From Folioceros fuciformis (Eukaryota): a stretch of DNA of 20,000 bases. The notes under the pieces are model-generated. The model had not been told where the DNA came from. It searched no databases and worked only from the letters and a program-made list of their open reading frames with translations. The DNA is taken from NCBI GenBank assembly GCA_049999805.1, contig JBNGIO010006255.1, positions 95,701-115,700 on the forward strand. Direction: 5' to 3'. Of the stretch, positions 19,938-20,000 are shown piece by piece (the stretch's first letter is position 1; each line of letters begins with the position of its first letter). A program made the position numbers and the translations under genes.

Positions 19938-20000
19938 GTTAAGTGACCGTGGTGTAGTCGGGTGGTGGCGTCCTATTAGGGGCCGACTCCGCCGATGACG

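Overview
A very gene-dense eukaryotic nuclear window from a land plant with a compact genome. Most introns are about 80-190 nt and intergenic gaps are 95-500 bp. A hornwort or Selaginella-type genome is my inference, not something the sequence proves. I reconstructed ten protein genes by hand, all with phase-consistent splice sites where introns are present: a WCPHC thioredoxin-domain protein (-), SDH2 (+), an ARAD1-like GT47 exostosin (+), HEME1/UROD (-), glucuronokinase (-), BLOS1 (+), UXT (-), RPL29 (+), a plastid class I SAM methyltransferase (-) and NLP2/Nit1 (+). Most sit in head-to-head pairs. The strongest unannotated signal is a large intron in the RPL29 3' UTR. It hosts a box H/ACA snoRNA and a box C/D snoRNA, each with a readable 25S rRNA target, and its splice junctions lie close enough to the stop codon to escape NMD. 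Other notable points: a ~700-bp CpG-free island at SDH2, a duplicated SDH2 splice acceptor, a GC-AG intron in GLCAK, possible triple targeting of NLP2, and two unexplained regions (3.4-4.7 kb and 17.7-20 kb) that carry splice signals and pentamer repeats.
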